64,000 bases of DNA from Acidimicrobiales bacterium. Lineage in GTDB: Bacteria; Actinomycetota; Acidimicrobiia; Acidimicrobiales; CADCSY01. Shown one piece after another: positions 53,673 to 63,121 of this stretch. Within the stretch, counting starts at the first letter, position 1; every line of letters begins with the position of its first letter. The notes under the pieces are model-generated. The model was given only the letters and a program-made list of their open reading frames with translations, was not told the DNA's origin and made no database searches. Both the position numbers and the translations under genes were made by a program. Where the stretch lies: positions 5,709 to 69,708 of the forward strand of contig DATLFP010000030.1 in the NCBI GenBank assembly GCA_035540955.1. The letters are read 5' to 3'.

Positions 53673-55300
53673 TGAGGGCGCGAGCGGTCGACCCCGCCCA
53701 GCGGCTGCTGCTGCGTGGCTACGCCCCGCTGGCCGCGATCCTCGTGCTCTTGGCGTTGCTCGTCGCGCTCGTGCCGTCCAAGGCGCCCGAGGCGCGCGAC
53801 ACCGGCGACGCCGGCTTGATCGGCAACGATGGACCGAGCGACGGGCCCACCGCAGGCGGCAGCAGCGCGGCCGCCCCCGAGTCCGTCGACGGCGCGGCGC
53901 CCACGGCGCCCGAAGGGCTCGGCACAGTTGCCGCCGCCGCCACGTGCGAGGGCGGCGACCGCCAGACCCGCGAGCCGTACTCGCCACCGTGCCTGACCTT
54001 CGAGGGCGACAACGGCGGCGACACGTCGCTCGGGGTGACCGCGGAGAAGATCACCGTCACGTTCAGGACCGGGGCGCTCCCGAGCGTGTTCGCCGTCGCC
54101 GGCCAGGTGGCGGAGAAGGCGAACATCCGCGACACCGAGGAGGACATCCAGCGCACGATCCGCGCCTACTTCGACTACTTCAACGAGAAGTTCCAGGTGT
54201 ACGGCCGTACGGCCGAGGTCGTGTTCTACAAGGGTCAGGGCGACCAGCTCTCGGAGTTCTTCGGCGGCGGCGCCGAGGGCGCCAACGCCGACGCGCTGCG
54301 GGTGGGCCAGGAGATCCGGGCCTTCGCCGACCTCAGCGTGCTCACCGTGCCCTACGCCGAGGCGCTGGTCCGCCAGAAGGTGATCGCCATCCCGCCGGTG
54401 CACATGTCCCAGCGCTGGTACGCCGAACACGCCCCCTACACCTGGGGCGCGCTGGTCGACTGCAGCCGGCTGGCCGACACCCTCGTGGGCTGGCTCGTCA
54501 AGCGGGTCGCGCCGTTCAACGCCCGCTACGCCGGCGACCGGGCGATGCGGGAGCGCCAGCGGAGCTTCGCCATGATCACGCCCGAGGAGCCCTGGTACCA
54601 GGAGTGCGCCGACGCCGGCGACGCCAAGCTCCAGTCGGCGGGGTTCTCCTTCGCCCACCGCATCGACTACAAGCTCGACTTCTTGGCGCTGTCGTCGGAG
54701 GCGGCGAACATGGTCGCCCAGCTCAAGGACCGCGGCATCACGAGCGTGGTGTGCGTGTGCGACCCGATCCTGCCGCTGTTCCTCACCACCCAGGCGACCC
54801 AGCAGGACTACCGGCCGGAGTGGATCGTCACCGGCTCCGCCCTCACCGACGCCGACCTGCTCGGCCAGATCTACGACCCCGACCAGTGGCGGCACGCGTT
54901 CGGGCTCAGCTTCCTCGACGACGTGTTCTCCGGCGTGCAGGCCGAGTCGTATCGGGCGTACAAGGCGGTCCGCGACGACGAGCCCGCGTTCATCCACGAC
55001 GTCCTCTACTACCCGGTGCTCATGTTCTTCCTGGGCGTGCACATGGCGGGGCCGAACCTCATCCCCGAGACGTTCCAGGACGGCATGTTCCGCTACCCGA
55101 CCACCACCGGCGAGACCGGCACCTGGAGCTTCGGGCCGGGCGACTGGACCGCGACCGACGACGCCCGCGAGGTGTGGTTCGACCACGGCACGGTCAGCCC
55201 GTTCAACAACGAGCCGGGCAAGTACGTCCGCTCGCTCGAGCAGCGCTTCATCGGCGACGAGTGGCCCGCCGGTGAGATCACGCTGCCGATCCAGCCGTGA
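53672..55300 (+). CDS. ABC transporter substrate-binding protein (Liv-type fold, divergent)
   Basis: ATG at 53672. It has an N-terminal TM anchor (YAPLAAILVLLALLVALV), then ITVTFRTG... and an alternating pattern typical of type I binding proteins. It is first in an operon with permease and ATPase genes. Confidence 0.65.
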   Translation: MRARAVDPAQRLLLRGYAPLAAILVLLALLVALVPSKAPEARDTGDAGLIGNDGPSDGPTAGGSSAAAPESVDGAAPTAPEGLGTVAAAATCEGGDRQTREPYSPPCLTFEGDNGGDTSLGVTAEKITVTFRTGALPSVFAVAGQVAEKANIRDTEEDIQRTIRAYFDYFNEKFQVYGRTAEVVFYKGQGDQLSEFFGGGAEGANADALRVGQEIRAFADLSVLTVPYAEALVRQKVIAIPPVHMSQRWYAEHAPYTWGALVDCSRLADTLVGWLVKRVAPFNARYAGDRAMRERQRSFAMITPEEPWYQECADAGDAKLQSAGFSFAHRIDYKLDFLALSSEAANMVAQLKDRGITSVVCVCDPILPLFLTTQATQQDYRPEWIVTGSALTDADLLGQIYDPDQWRHAFGLSFLDDVFSGVQAESYRAYKAVRDDEPAFIHDVLYYPVLMFFLGVHMAGPNLIPETFQDGMFRYPTTTGETGTWSFGPGDWTATDDAREVWFDHGTVSPFNNEPGKYVRSLEQRFIGDEWPAGEITLPIQP

Positions 55301-57525
55301 GCGCGGTCCTCGACCGGCTGCGCGCCGCGCCGGCCGCGCCCCGGTGGGCCGCCGGCATCGCGGCGGGGTGGCCGGTGCTCCACGCGGCGCTGCCCGACGG
55401 GCTGCCGCTTGGGATCGTCGTGCTCGGCGCCGCGCTGGGCTCGCTCACCGGGCTCACCGCCATCGGCCTGGTGCTCGTGTACCGGGCATCGCGCATCGTC
55501 AACTTCGCCCAGGCGGCGCTCGGCGCGGCCGCCGGCGTGCTGGCGGTGATGCTGTTCGCCGACTGGGGCTGGAGCTGGTTCCTGTGCATGCCCCTCGGGC
55601 TGGCCGCCGCCGCCGCCGGCGGCGCCGCCGTCGACCTCCTCGTGGTGCGCCGGTTCTTCTGGGCGCCGCGCCTGATCCTCACCCTCGCCACCATCGGCCT
55701 CGCTCAGATCCTGGGCGGGATCGAGCTCGTGATCCCGACCTGGTTCGGCCGGCCGCTGGTGACCAACAGCTTCGCGACCCCGCTGTCGGCCAGCTTCACG
55801 ATTTCGCCGGTGCGCTTCACCGGCAACCACGTGGTGATCTTCGTCATCGTGCCCGTCGTCGTGCTCGCGCTCGGCTGGTTCCTCCACGCCACCGCGGCCG
55901 GCACCGGGATCCGTGCCGCGTCGGAGAACGCCGAGCGGGCGATGACCCTCGGCATCCCGGTGCGGCGCCTGTCGACGATCGTCTGGGCGATCGCGGGCTT
56001 GCTGTCGGCGCTGGCTGTGATGCTCACCGCGCCGATCCAGCCGCTGCCGCCGACGGTCCTCGCCGGCCCCGCGCTGCTGCTGCCGGCGCTCGCCGCCGCC
56101 GTCGTCGCCGGCATGGCGAGCCTGCCCCGCGCCTTCGCCGCCGGGGTCGGCATCGGCGTGCTCCAGCAGGCGACGTTCTGGAACACCTCGCGGAGCAGCC
56201 TCACCGACGTCGCCCTCCTCGTCGTGATCCTCGGTGCGCTGCTGCTGCAGCGCCACCGCCTCAGCCGGGCCGACGACGGCGCGCTGTCGAGCTGGGTCGG
56301 CGCCGCCGACACCCCGCCGGTCCCGCGCGAGCTGCGTCACCTTCCCGAGGTGGTGTGGGGCCGCCGCGTGCTGCTCGTTGCGGCGGCTGCGGCCGCGCTG
56401 GCGGTGCCCGCCGTGCTCAGCGTCAGCCAGCTCAGCGTGATTGGCACCATCTCCGTGACCTACGCCGTGGTGGGCGTGTCACTCGTGGCCCTCACCGGGT
56501 GGAGCGGCCAGCTCAGCCTGGGCCAGTTCGCGCTCGCCGGCGTCGGCGCCGTCGCCGCGGCCAACGTCCTCGACCGCGGTGGCGACCTGGTGCTGGCCCT
56601 CGGCGCGGGGATGGGCGGCGGCGCCGCCGCGGCGTTGCTCATCGGCCTCCCGGCGCTGCGCATCCGCGGCCTGTTCCTTGGCGTCACGTCGCTGGCGTTC
56701 GCGGTCGCGCTGTCGAGCTACTTCCTCAACCCCGCCTACTTCGCCACCATCCTGCCCCAGCAGGTCGACCGGCCGGTGGTGCTGACCCGGTTCGATCTCG
56801 CCGACGAGCGCACCCTCTACTACTTCGCCCTCGCCCTGCTCGGGTTGGCCCTCGCGGTGGCGCGCGCCGTGCGCAGCGCCCGGCCGGGCCGGGTGCTCAT
56901 CGCCGTGCGCGACAACGAGCCGGCGGCCGGCGCCCGCGGCGTCCACGCCGTGCGGGTCAAGCTCATGGCGTTCGGGTTCGCCGGCAGCCTGGCCGGGCTC
57001 GCCGGCGCGCTGCACCTGCTCGTGCTCCAGGGCATCAACTTCGGCACCTTCAGCCCGGCGCAGAGCTTCGAGGCGTTCAGCATGGTCGTGATCGGCGGGC
57101 TCACCTCCGTCGGCGGCGCCGTCGTCGGCGCGGTGGCGCTGCGGTGGGCGCAGTACGCCCTTGGCGGTGGGCTCCAGCTCATCGTCACCGGAAGCGGCGT
57201 GCTCGTGCTCCTCCTCGTGTTCCCCGGCGGCCTCGGCCAGGTGGTGCTGCGCATGCGGCAGCTCCTGCTGCGGGGGGTCGCGGCCCGGCGGGACCTGCTG
57301 GTGCCGAGCCTCGTCGCCGATCGGCGGGTGACCGCCGCCGACCCGGCGAGCGGGGCGCGCACGCTCGGCGACCTGCTCGGTGACCCGGCCGCGCTCGAGG
57401 CGCTCCGGGCGCCGGCCGGCGCCAGCGAGGACGGCGAGCTGGCGCGGCTGCGGGCCGAGGCCGACGAGCTGCGGGCCCGGCTCGAGCGCCTGGAGCAGAC
57501 CGTCGGCCCCGGAGGCGGCCGGTGA
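55297..57525 (+). CDS. fused LivH-like + LivM-like ABC permease with C-terminal coiled-coil tail
   Basis: 742 aa. It has GLTAIGLVLVYRASRIVNFAQ (LivH type) and GWSGQLSLGQFALAGVGA (LivM type). The tail is ELARLRAEADELRARLERLEQ. Confidence 0.85.
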   Translation: MSAVLDRLRAAPAAPRWAAGIAAGWPVLHAALPDGLPLGIVVLGAALGSLTGLTAIGLVLVYRASRIVNFAQAALGAAAGVLAVMLFADWGWSWFLCMPLGLAAAAAGGAAVDLLVVRRFFWAPRLILTLATIGLAQILGGIELVIPTWFGRPLVTNSFATPLSASFTISPVRFTGNHVVIFVIVPVVVLALGWFLHATAAGTGIRAASENAERAMTLGIPVRRLSTIVWAIAGLLSALAVMLTAPIQPLPPTVLAGPALLLPALAAAVVAGMASLPRAFAAGVGIGVLQQATFWNTSRSSLTDVALLVVILGALLLQRHRLSRADDGALSSWVGAADTPPVPRELRHLPEVVWGRRVLLVAAAAAALAVPAVLSVSQLSVIGTISVTYAVVGVSLVALTGWSGQLSLGQFALAGVGAVAAANVLDRGGDLVLALGAGMGGGAAAALLIGLPALRIRGLFLGVTSLAFAVALSSYFLNPAYFATILPQQVDRPVVLTRFDLADERTLYYFALALLGLALAVARAVRSARPGRVLIAVRDNEPAAGARGVHAVRVKLMAFGFAGSLAGLAGALHLLVLQGINFGTFSPAQSFEAFSMVVIGGLTSVGGAVVGAVALRWAQYALGGGLQLIVTGSGVLVLLLVFPGGLGQVVLRMRQLLLRGVAARRDLLVPSLVADRRVTAADPASGARTLGDLLGDPAALEALRAPAGASEDGELARLRAEADELRARLERLEQTVGPGGGR

Positions 57526-59135
57526 GCGCGCCGCTGCTGCGCTGCGAGGCGGTCGACGTCTCCTACGGGCCGGTACAGGTGCTGTTCGGTGTCGACCTCG
57601 AGGTCGACGAGGGCGAGATCGTCGCCCTGCTCGGGACCAACGGCGCCGGCAAGTCGACGCTGCTGCGGGCGGTCTGCGGCCTCAACCGGCCGAGCCGGGG
57701 CTCGATCACCTACGACGGCGCCGACGTCACCGGCGCCGACCCGACCGACCTCGCCCGCCGCGGCATCGGGTTCATGCCCGGTGGGCGGGGCGTCTTCGGC
57801 GGGCTCTCGATCGCCGAGAACCTCCGCATGGCAGGCTGGCTGCTCCGCGACGACCCCGCCGCCCTCGACGCCGCCGTCGAGCGGTCGCTCTCGCTGTTCC
57901 CGGCGCTCGCCGAGCGGTCGAGCACCCAGGCCGCGCTCCTGTCCGGTGGCCAGCAGCAGATGCTGGCGCTGGCGAACGCGCTCGTGAACCGGCCCCGCCT
58001 GCTCCTCCTCGACGAGCTGTCGCTCGGGCTGGCGCCGATCGTGGTGGCCGAGCTCCTCGACGTCGTGGCCCGCCTCACCGCGGGCGGCACCACGGTCGTG
58101 CTGGTCGAGCAATCGGTGAACATCGCGCTCGAGCTCGCCGAGCGCGCCGTGTTCATGGAGAAGGGCGAGGTGCGGTTCACCGGGCCGACCGCGGATCTCC
58201 TCGGCCGGGACGACCTGCTGCGGTCGGTCTTCATCGGCGCAGCCGCAACCGACGGTGAACCGCCGCGGCCGGCGCCGGCCCTCGGCCGACCGGCCCTCAC
58301 CGCCACCGGGCTGACGAAGTCCTTCGGCGGCCTCCGGGCGGTGGACCAGGTCGACCTCGAGGTGCGGGCCGGCGAGATCGTCGGGATCATCGGGCCCAAC
58401 GGCGCAGGGAAGACGACGCTGCTCGACCTGCTGGCCGGCTCGCTTCGCGCCGACCGGGGCCGGGTGCTGCTGGGGGAGGAGGACGTCAGCGAGCTCGGCG
58501 CCGCCGAGCGGGCCGTGCGGGGGATCGCCCGCTCGTTCCAGGACGCCCGCCTGTTCCCCGGGCTGACCGTCGAGGAGAACCTCGCCGTCGCCCTCGAGCG
58601 GTTCACCGTCTCCCGCGACCTCGCCGCCGCCGCCCTGCGGCTGCCGGCGTCAGTGCTGTCCGAGGCGCTCGCCGCCCGCCAGGTCGAAGTGCTCGTCGCC
58701 GCCCTCGGGCTCAGGGCGTTTGGCGACAAGTTCGCGTCCGAGCTCTCGACCGGCTCCCGGCGGGTCGTCGAGCTCGGCTCGCTCGTCGCCCAGCAGGGCG
58801 AGGTCCTGCTGCTCGACGAGCCCGGGGCCGGCCTCGCCCAGCGCGAGACGGAGGCGATGGCGCCGCTGCTGCGGCGCCTGCGCGACGCCACCGGCGCTGC
58901 CGTCGTGGTGGTCGAGCACGACGTGCCGCTCCTCATCGCCGCCTGCGACCGCCTGGTGGCGATGGAACTCGGCCGCGTCATCGCCGACGGCACCCCGGCC
59001 GAGGTCGTGGCCGATCCCGCCGTGGTGGGATCGTACCTCGGCACCCGCGACGTCGCCGTGGCGCGGTCCGGCGCGGGGGCCGCTGCGGGTCAGCCCCGCG
59101 GGGTGAGGACCGGGCGCAGCACCGCCTCGAAGTAG
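57522..59135 (+). CDS. tandem ABC ATPase (LivF-like + LivG-like fused)
   Basis: It has two Walker A motifs (GTNGAGKST, GPNGAGKTT) and two signatures (LSGGQQQM, LSTGSRRV). Confidence 0.88.
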   Translation: MSAPLLRCEAVDVSYGPVQVLFGVDLEVDEGEIVALLGTNGAGKSTLLRAVCGLNRPSRGSITYDGADVTGADPTDLARRGIGFMPGGRGVFGGLSIAENLRMAGWLLRDDPAALDAAVERSLSLFPALAERSSTQAALLSGGQQQMLALANALVNRPRLLLLDELSLGLAPIVVAELLDVVARLTAGGTTVVLVEQSVNIALELAERAVFMEKGEVRFTGPTADLLGRDDLLRSVFIGAAATDGEPPRPAPALGRPALTATGLTKSFGGLRAVDQVDLEVRAGEIVGIIGPNGAGKTTLLDLLAGSLRADRGRVLLGEEDVSELGAAERAVRGIARSFQDARLFPGLTVEENLAVALERFTVSRDLAAAALRLPASVLSEALAARQVEVLVAALGLRAFGDKFASELSTGSRRVVELGSLVAQQGEVLLLDEPGAGLAQRETEAMAPLLRRLRDATGAAVVVVEHDVPLLIAACDRLVAMELGRVIADGTPAEVVADPAVVGSYLGTRDVAVARSGAGAAAGQPRGVRTGRSTASK

Positions 59136-59692
59136 CGATCGGCGTCGACCGGCGGGGCGACGAGGACCGCCGAGGTCACCAGTCGGACCAGCCAGTCGGC
59201 GAGCACCTCGGGATCGGCGTCGGTGAGCTCCCCGGCGGCGGCGCCGGCGGCGAGGAGCGGGACCACCACCGGGCGCACCCGCTCGATCACCGCCGGCAGC
59301 CCGAGCGTGAGGTAGGAGCCGGCCACTTCGGGCTCGTCGGCCAGCACCTTGCGCAGGACGGGGTGCTGGCGCGCCGCGTCACACACCAGCGCCGCCATGC
59401 GCACCACGGCGTCGACCCCGCTGAGCCCCGCCACCTGAGCCGGCAGCGCCTGCAGCATGCGATGGACCTCGCGGGCGAAGAGCAGCGCGCCGAGCCGGTC
59501 CATCGTGCCCACCTGCCGGTAGACCGTGGCCCGCGAGACGCCGAGCTCGCGCGCCACGTCGTGCACCGAGGTGCGGCGTACGCCGTGCCGGGCGAGGCAC
59601 CGCGCGGCGGCGTCGAGGTACGGGTCGAGCGCCGGCGGCGGGACGGCGGGCAGGCTTGCCCCCATGGCGGAGATGTCGACGATCTCGCTCAC
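59090..59692 (-). CDS. TetR-family transcriptional regulator
   Basis: HTH is YLDAAARCLARHGVRRTSVHDVARELGVSRATVYRQVG. Confidence 0.85.
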   Translation of the reverse strand: MSEIVDISAMGASLPAVPPPALDPYLDAAARCLARHGVRRTSVHDVARELGVSRATVYRQVGTMDRLGALLFAREVHRMLQALPAQVAGLSGVDAVVRMAALVCDAARQHPVLRKVLADEPEVAGSYLTLGLPAVIERVRPVVVPLLAAGAAAGELTDADPEVLADWLVRLVTSAVLVAPPVDADRYFEAVLRPVLTPRG

Positions 59693-59712
59693 GGTCGCGT
59701 CGCGTCCCCGGC

Positions 59713-60831
59713 TCAGTACGACGGCGCGGCGCCGACCTTCGCCGGCGCCGGCTCGTCGATGACCGGGTCTGCCGTCTCGAGGTCGTGGAAGCTCGCGAGG
59801 ATTGTGGCCCGCCGCGGGTGGTGCTCGAGCTCGCGCTCGACGACCGAGAGGAACATGGCCCGGTTGCCCTGGCGCTTGCCGCCCAGCCCGAACATGCCCT
59901 TCATCGAGTAGTCCCAGCAGGCGTCGATGACCTCGGTGCCGGGCACATGCTGGCCGTCGACGCCGACGAAGGTGCGAGCGCGCATCTCGGTGAGCGTCGT
60001 GCGCAGGTACTCGACATGCGGCGCCTCGTCCATGCGAATGTAGTTGACGAGGCGGGCGGCGTCAGCGGCGTTGGCGCAGTACCGCTCGTCGCCGACGACC
60101 TGCTCGGCCCATCGGAAGGTGTTCTCGGCCAGGAGCTCGATGAGCAGGAGCCCGGTCATGCGGGTGATGGCGACCTCGATCTGCTCGTCGATCTCGGGCA
60201 CGACGCGCACGGCGCCGCCGAGGGACTGCGCCATCGAGGTCATCACCTCGCTGCCGGCGCCGTCGGCCGCCATCGTCTTCATCGTGAGGGCCAGCGGGTC
60301 GCCGACGTCGGGATCCTCGAGGGCGAGGTCGCGCACGAGGTACCACATCTGCTGATGCCCGCCCTCGTCCTCGAAACCCGACTCGTCCCGGGCGTGGGCC
60401 TCGTACAGCCCCCGCTGCAGGTGCGCCATCGCCGTTCCCTCGATGGGCTCGACGAAGCGGGCCTGGAGGTCGCCCAGCTCGACGAAGCGGATGATCGAGC
60501 CGAACCCCTCGATGGTGCCGATGTGGGTGAGCACGTGGGCGAGCGGCGTCCGGACCGCCTCGGAAAGGAGGTAGGTCGTCTGGTCGACGTTCGGGTAGAA
60601 GGAGGCGAAGAAGTCGGAGGGGCAATCGAGGAGCGGCATGCCGCCGGAGTCGACCGCCAGCTTGGCCTGCCACGCCTTGATCGCCGGGATCCGGTTGCGT
60701 GTGCGGGGCGATCGGTAGGTGCCGTCGGCATCGAAGCCGCCGTGCATGCGCCGGCCGGCGAGCACCAGGGGCTCGGTGTAGTCGTGGCTGGCGAGGAGCT
60801 CCTCGGCGTCATAGGTGAGCTGGTCGGTCAC
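59713..60831 (-). CDS. hypothetical protein, possibly ferritin-like/di-iron fold
   Basis: GTG at 60831 is preceded by GGAGG. It has Glu/His-rich helices (LYEAHARDESGFEDEGGHQQMW; IRMDEAPHVEYLRTT). The fold guess is weak. Confidence 0.55.
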   Translation of the reverse strand: MTDQLTYDAEELLASHDYTEPLVLAGRRMHGGFDADGTYRSPRTRNRIPAIKAWQAKLAVDSGGMPLLDCPSDFFASFYPNVDQTTYLLSEAVRTPLAHVLTHIGTIEGFGSIIRFVELGDLQARFVEPIEGTAMAHLQRGLYEAHARDESGFEDEGGHQQMWYLVRDLALEDPDVGDPLALTMKTMAADGAGSEVMTSMAQSLGGAVRVVPEIDEQIEVAITRMTGLLLIELLAENTFRWAEQVVGDERYCANAADAARLVNYIRMDEAPHVEYLRTTLTEMRARTFVGVDGQHVPGTEVIDACWDYSMKGMFGLGGKRQGNRAMFLSVVERELEHHPRRATILASFHDLETADPVIDEPAPAKVGAAPSY

Positions 60832-60857
60832 GGTGCCTCCATCGATCGGGCGGGACG

Positions 60858-62474
60858 TCACGACGCCCGCTTGCCCCGGCGCGCACCGCTGCGCACCCGC
60901 TGGCGGATGAGCTGGCGGCGCTCCATCAGGTCGGCGTAGCTGAGCGAGTCGTCGGCGAGGCCGAGCGACTCCTTGATGCTGTCGAGATCGACCACGAGCG
61001 AGTCGGGGTCGATGCCGGCGTCGGCCGCGAGCCGTTCCCCGTGGGTCTCGGTGAAGTAGGCCGAGATGCTCATCACTTCGGCGAACAGGTCCATCTCGGG
61101 AGCGTGCAGGGCGATGGCCCCGTCGAGGAAGAGCATGTTCTTCACGAACAGCATGAGGGGCTTCGGGAGCCGAGCGCCGTAACCGAGCAGTGCCTTGATG
61201 AGAGCTTGCAGCTCGCCGACCAGCTCGTCGGCGGACATGGCGTTCGGGTCGGCGATGGTGAGCGGCTTGTCGAGGCCGAGATCGGTGATCACCGCCCGCA
61301 GGTCGGTGTCGGCGGGCAGGGCGCCGAGGTCGCGGAGCGCCTCGAGCTGGGCGCGCACGTCGTTGATGCCGGCGCCGACGAGGAGGCGCACGAACCCGAG
61401 GCGGTTGTGCTCCTCGAGCCGGCCGGTCATGCCGTAGTCGAGCAGCGCGATGCGGCCGTCGGGGCGGATGAACAGGTTGCCGCCGTGGAGGTCGCCGTGG
61501 AACACGCCGTAGAACAGCGCCCCCTCGAGGAAGGCGATGAGCCCGCCCCGGAGCATGGCCGTGGCGTCGATCCCGGCGTCGCGGACGCCGGCGACATCGT
61601 CGAACGCGAACCCGTCGAGCCGCTCCATCACGAGGAGGCGGCGGGTGACGAGCTCGGGGTGGGGTCGGGGCACGACGATGATGCGCTGGCCGGTCTCGGC
61701 GAAGACGCGGGCGATGTCGAGCATGTTCTCGGCCTCGAGCCGGAAGTCGAGCTCCTCGAGGATCGTCTCGGCGAACACCTCGACCAGCGCCGGCGGGTTG
61801 GCCAGGGCGGTGACCGGGATGCGCCCGATGAGCAGCGGGGCGATCCACGACATCGCCGCGATGTCGCGCCGGACGAGCTCCTGCACCTGCGGGCGCTGGA
61901 CCTTGACCACGACGTGCTCACCCGAGCGCAGCGTCGCCCGGTGGACCTGGGCGATGGACGCCGCCGCCACGGGTTGCTCCTCGAAGGTGGCGAACACCGA
62001 CTCGAGCGGCCGGCCGAGCTCCTCCTCGACGACCCGGCGGACGGTGGCGAACGGCTCGGCCGGCACCCGGTCGCGCAGGAGCTTGAACTCCTCGACCAGC
62101 GGGTCGGGGAACAGCCCCTGGCCCGAGGAGATGATCTGGCCGAGCTTGATGTAGGTCGTGCCCAGCCGCTCGAAGGCCTGGCGGAGGCGGCGGGACAGAC
62201 CGGCGATGGACTCGTCACCGCCGCGCCGCCGGTAGGTGCACCACCAGGCGCCGAGCGCCCACGTGAGCCTGACGCCGGTGATGAGGAACCGGCCGAGCGG
62301 TGGCACCCGCCGGCGCCGCATGAGGACCGGGACCTCGGCGCGGGCCGCGGTGCGGAGCTCGCCCAGCCCATCGGCCCAGTCCAGCGCGGCGGGATCGATC
62401 CGCCACGGGCCGTGATCGGTGAAGCTGCCGAGGGACAGATCGGACGTCTCGGTCATCCGGACACTGTGCCCCAC
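60858..62474 (-). CDS. ABC1/UbiB (AarF) family atypical kinase
   Basis: Motifs are LGTTYIKLGQIISS, AAASIAQVHRATL, VVVKVQRP and FHGDLHGGNLFI. The start is GTG 62474 or ATG 62456. Confidence 0.88.
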   Translation of the reverse strand: MGHSVRMTETSDLSLGSFTDHGPWRIDPAALDWADGLGELRTAARAEVPVLMRRRRVPPLGRFLITGVRLTWALGAWWCTYRRRGGDESIAGLSRRLRQAFERLGTTYIKLGQIISSGQGLFPDPLVEEFKLLRDRVPAEPFATVRRVVEEELGRPLESVFATFEEQPVAAASIAQVHRATLRSGEHVVVKVQRPQVQELVRRDIAAMSWIAPLLIGRIPVTALANPPALVEVFAETILEELDFRLEAENMLDIARVFAETGQRIIVVPRPHPELVTRRLLVMERLDGFAFDDVAGVRDAGIDATAMLRGGLIAFLEGALFYGVFHGDLHGGNLFIRPDGRIALLDYGMTGRLEEHNRLGFVRLLVGAGINDVRAQLEALRDLGALPADTDLRAVITDLGLDKPLTIADPNAMSADELVGELQALIKALLGYGARLPKPLMLFVKNMLFLDGAIALHAPEMDLFAEVMSISAYFTETHGERLAADAGIDPDSLVVDLDSIKESLGLADDSLSYADLMERRQLIRQRVRSGARRGKRAS

Positions 62475-62479
62475 CGCCC

Positions 62480-63121
62480 TCAGCCTGTCAAGACAGATCG
62501 ACGATCTTGTCGCATCGTCGCGGCGCCGAGGTGGCGAGCGAGCGCTGGCGTCAGCGGTTCGTCGAGGCGGGGGACGCGCAACCCGATCGTGGCCGAGCGG
62601 TCCCGCACCACCAGCGACGTCGGGACTGTGTCACGGGGCAGCGGGGGCAGCGGCAGCGGGATGCGCACCGGTGGCGCCGGGATCGTCACGCCGAGGACGT
62701 CGGCCCGCTCGGCCACGACGACGACCCGGCCGTCCTCGACGGCGATGCCGGCGTGGAGCTCGGCGAGCCGGATGCCGGCGGCGCCGGTGCGAACGACGAG
62801 CCCGCCCTCGCGGAGCCGGAGCCGGAACGGGAGGGCGTCGGCGAGCAGCCAGTCGTCGAGCGAACCCTGGGTCAGCGTCACCGCAACCTCGATCGGTCCG
62901 GCGCGCAGCCGGGGCGGCCACCCGGGCGCGATCCACGCGCAGCGCGCATCGACGTGCACGACCTCCAGGACGAGGCCGGCGACGGTGACGTCGCGGAGGC
63001 GCAGCGTCACCCGGTCGGCGTGCCCGCCGATGACGCCGCGGGGCGAGAGCCCGAGCCGGACGGTGGCCGGCAGCCCGATGGCGGCGGAGACGGCGGCATC
63101 GGCGACGGAGGTGGCGATCAC
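62480..63121 (-). CDS. hypothetical protein, LmeA/DUF2993-like (tentative)
   Basis: 213 aa. It shows the repetitive beta-rich pattern (VTLRLRDVTVAGLVLEVVHVD...) seen in lipid-binding LmeA-type proteins, and has an ATGA overlap with the upstream gene. Confidence 0.5.
   Translation of the reverse strand: MIATSVADAAVSAAIGLPATVRLGLSPRGVIGGHADRVTLRLRDVTVAGLVLEVVHVDARCAWIAPGWPPRLRAGPIEVAVTLTQGSLDDWLLADALPFRLRLREGGLVVRTGAAGIRLAELHAGIAVEDGRVVVVAERADVLGVTIPAPPVRIPLPLPPLPRDTVPTSLVVRDRSATIGLRVPRLDEPLTPALARHLGAATMRQDRRSVLTG
62488..62515. promoter_or_regulatory. operator-like site TCAAGACA-N12-TGTCGCAT
   Basis: It overlaps the last codons of the upstream gene, 14-32 bp before the ABC1 kinase start. One arm is perfect. 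Confidence 0.3.
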
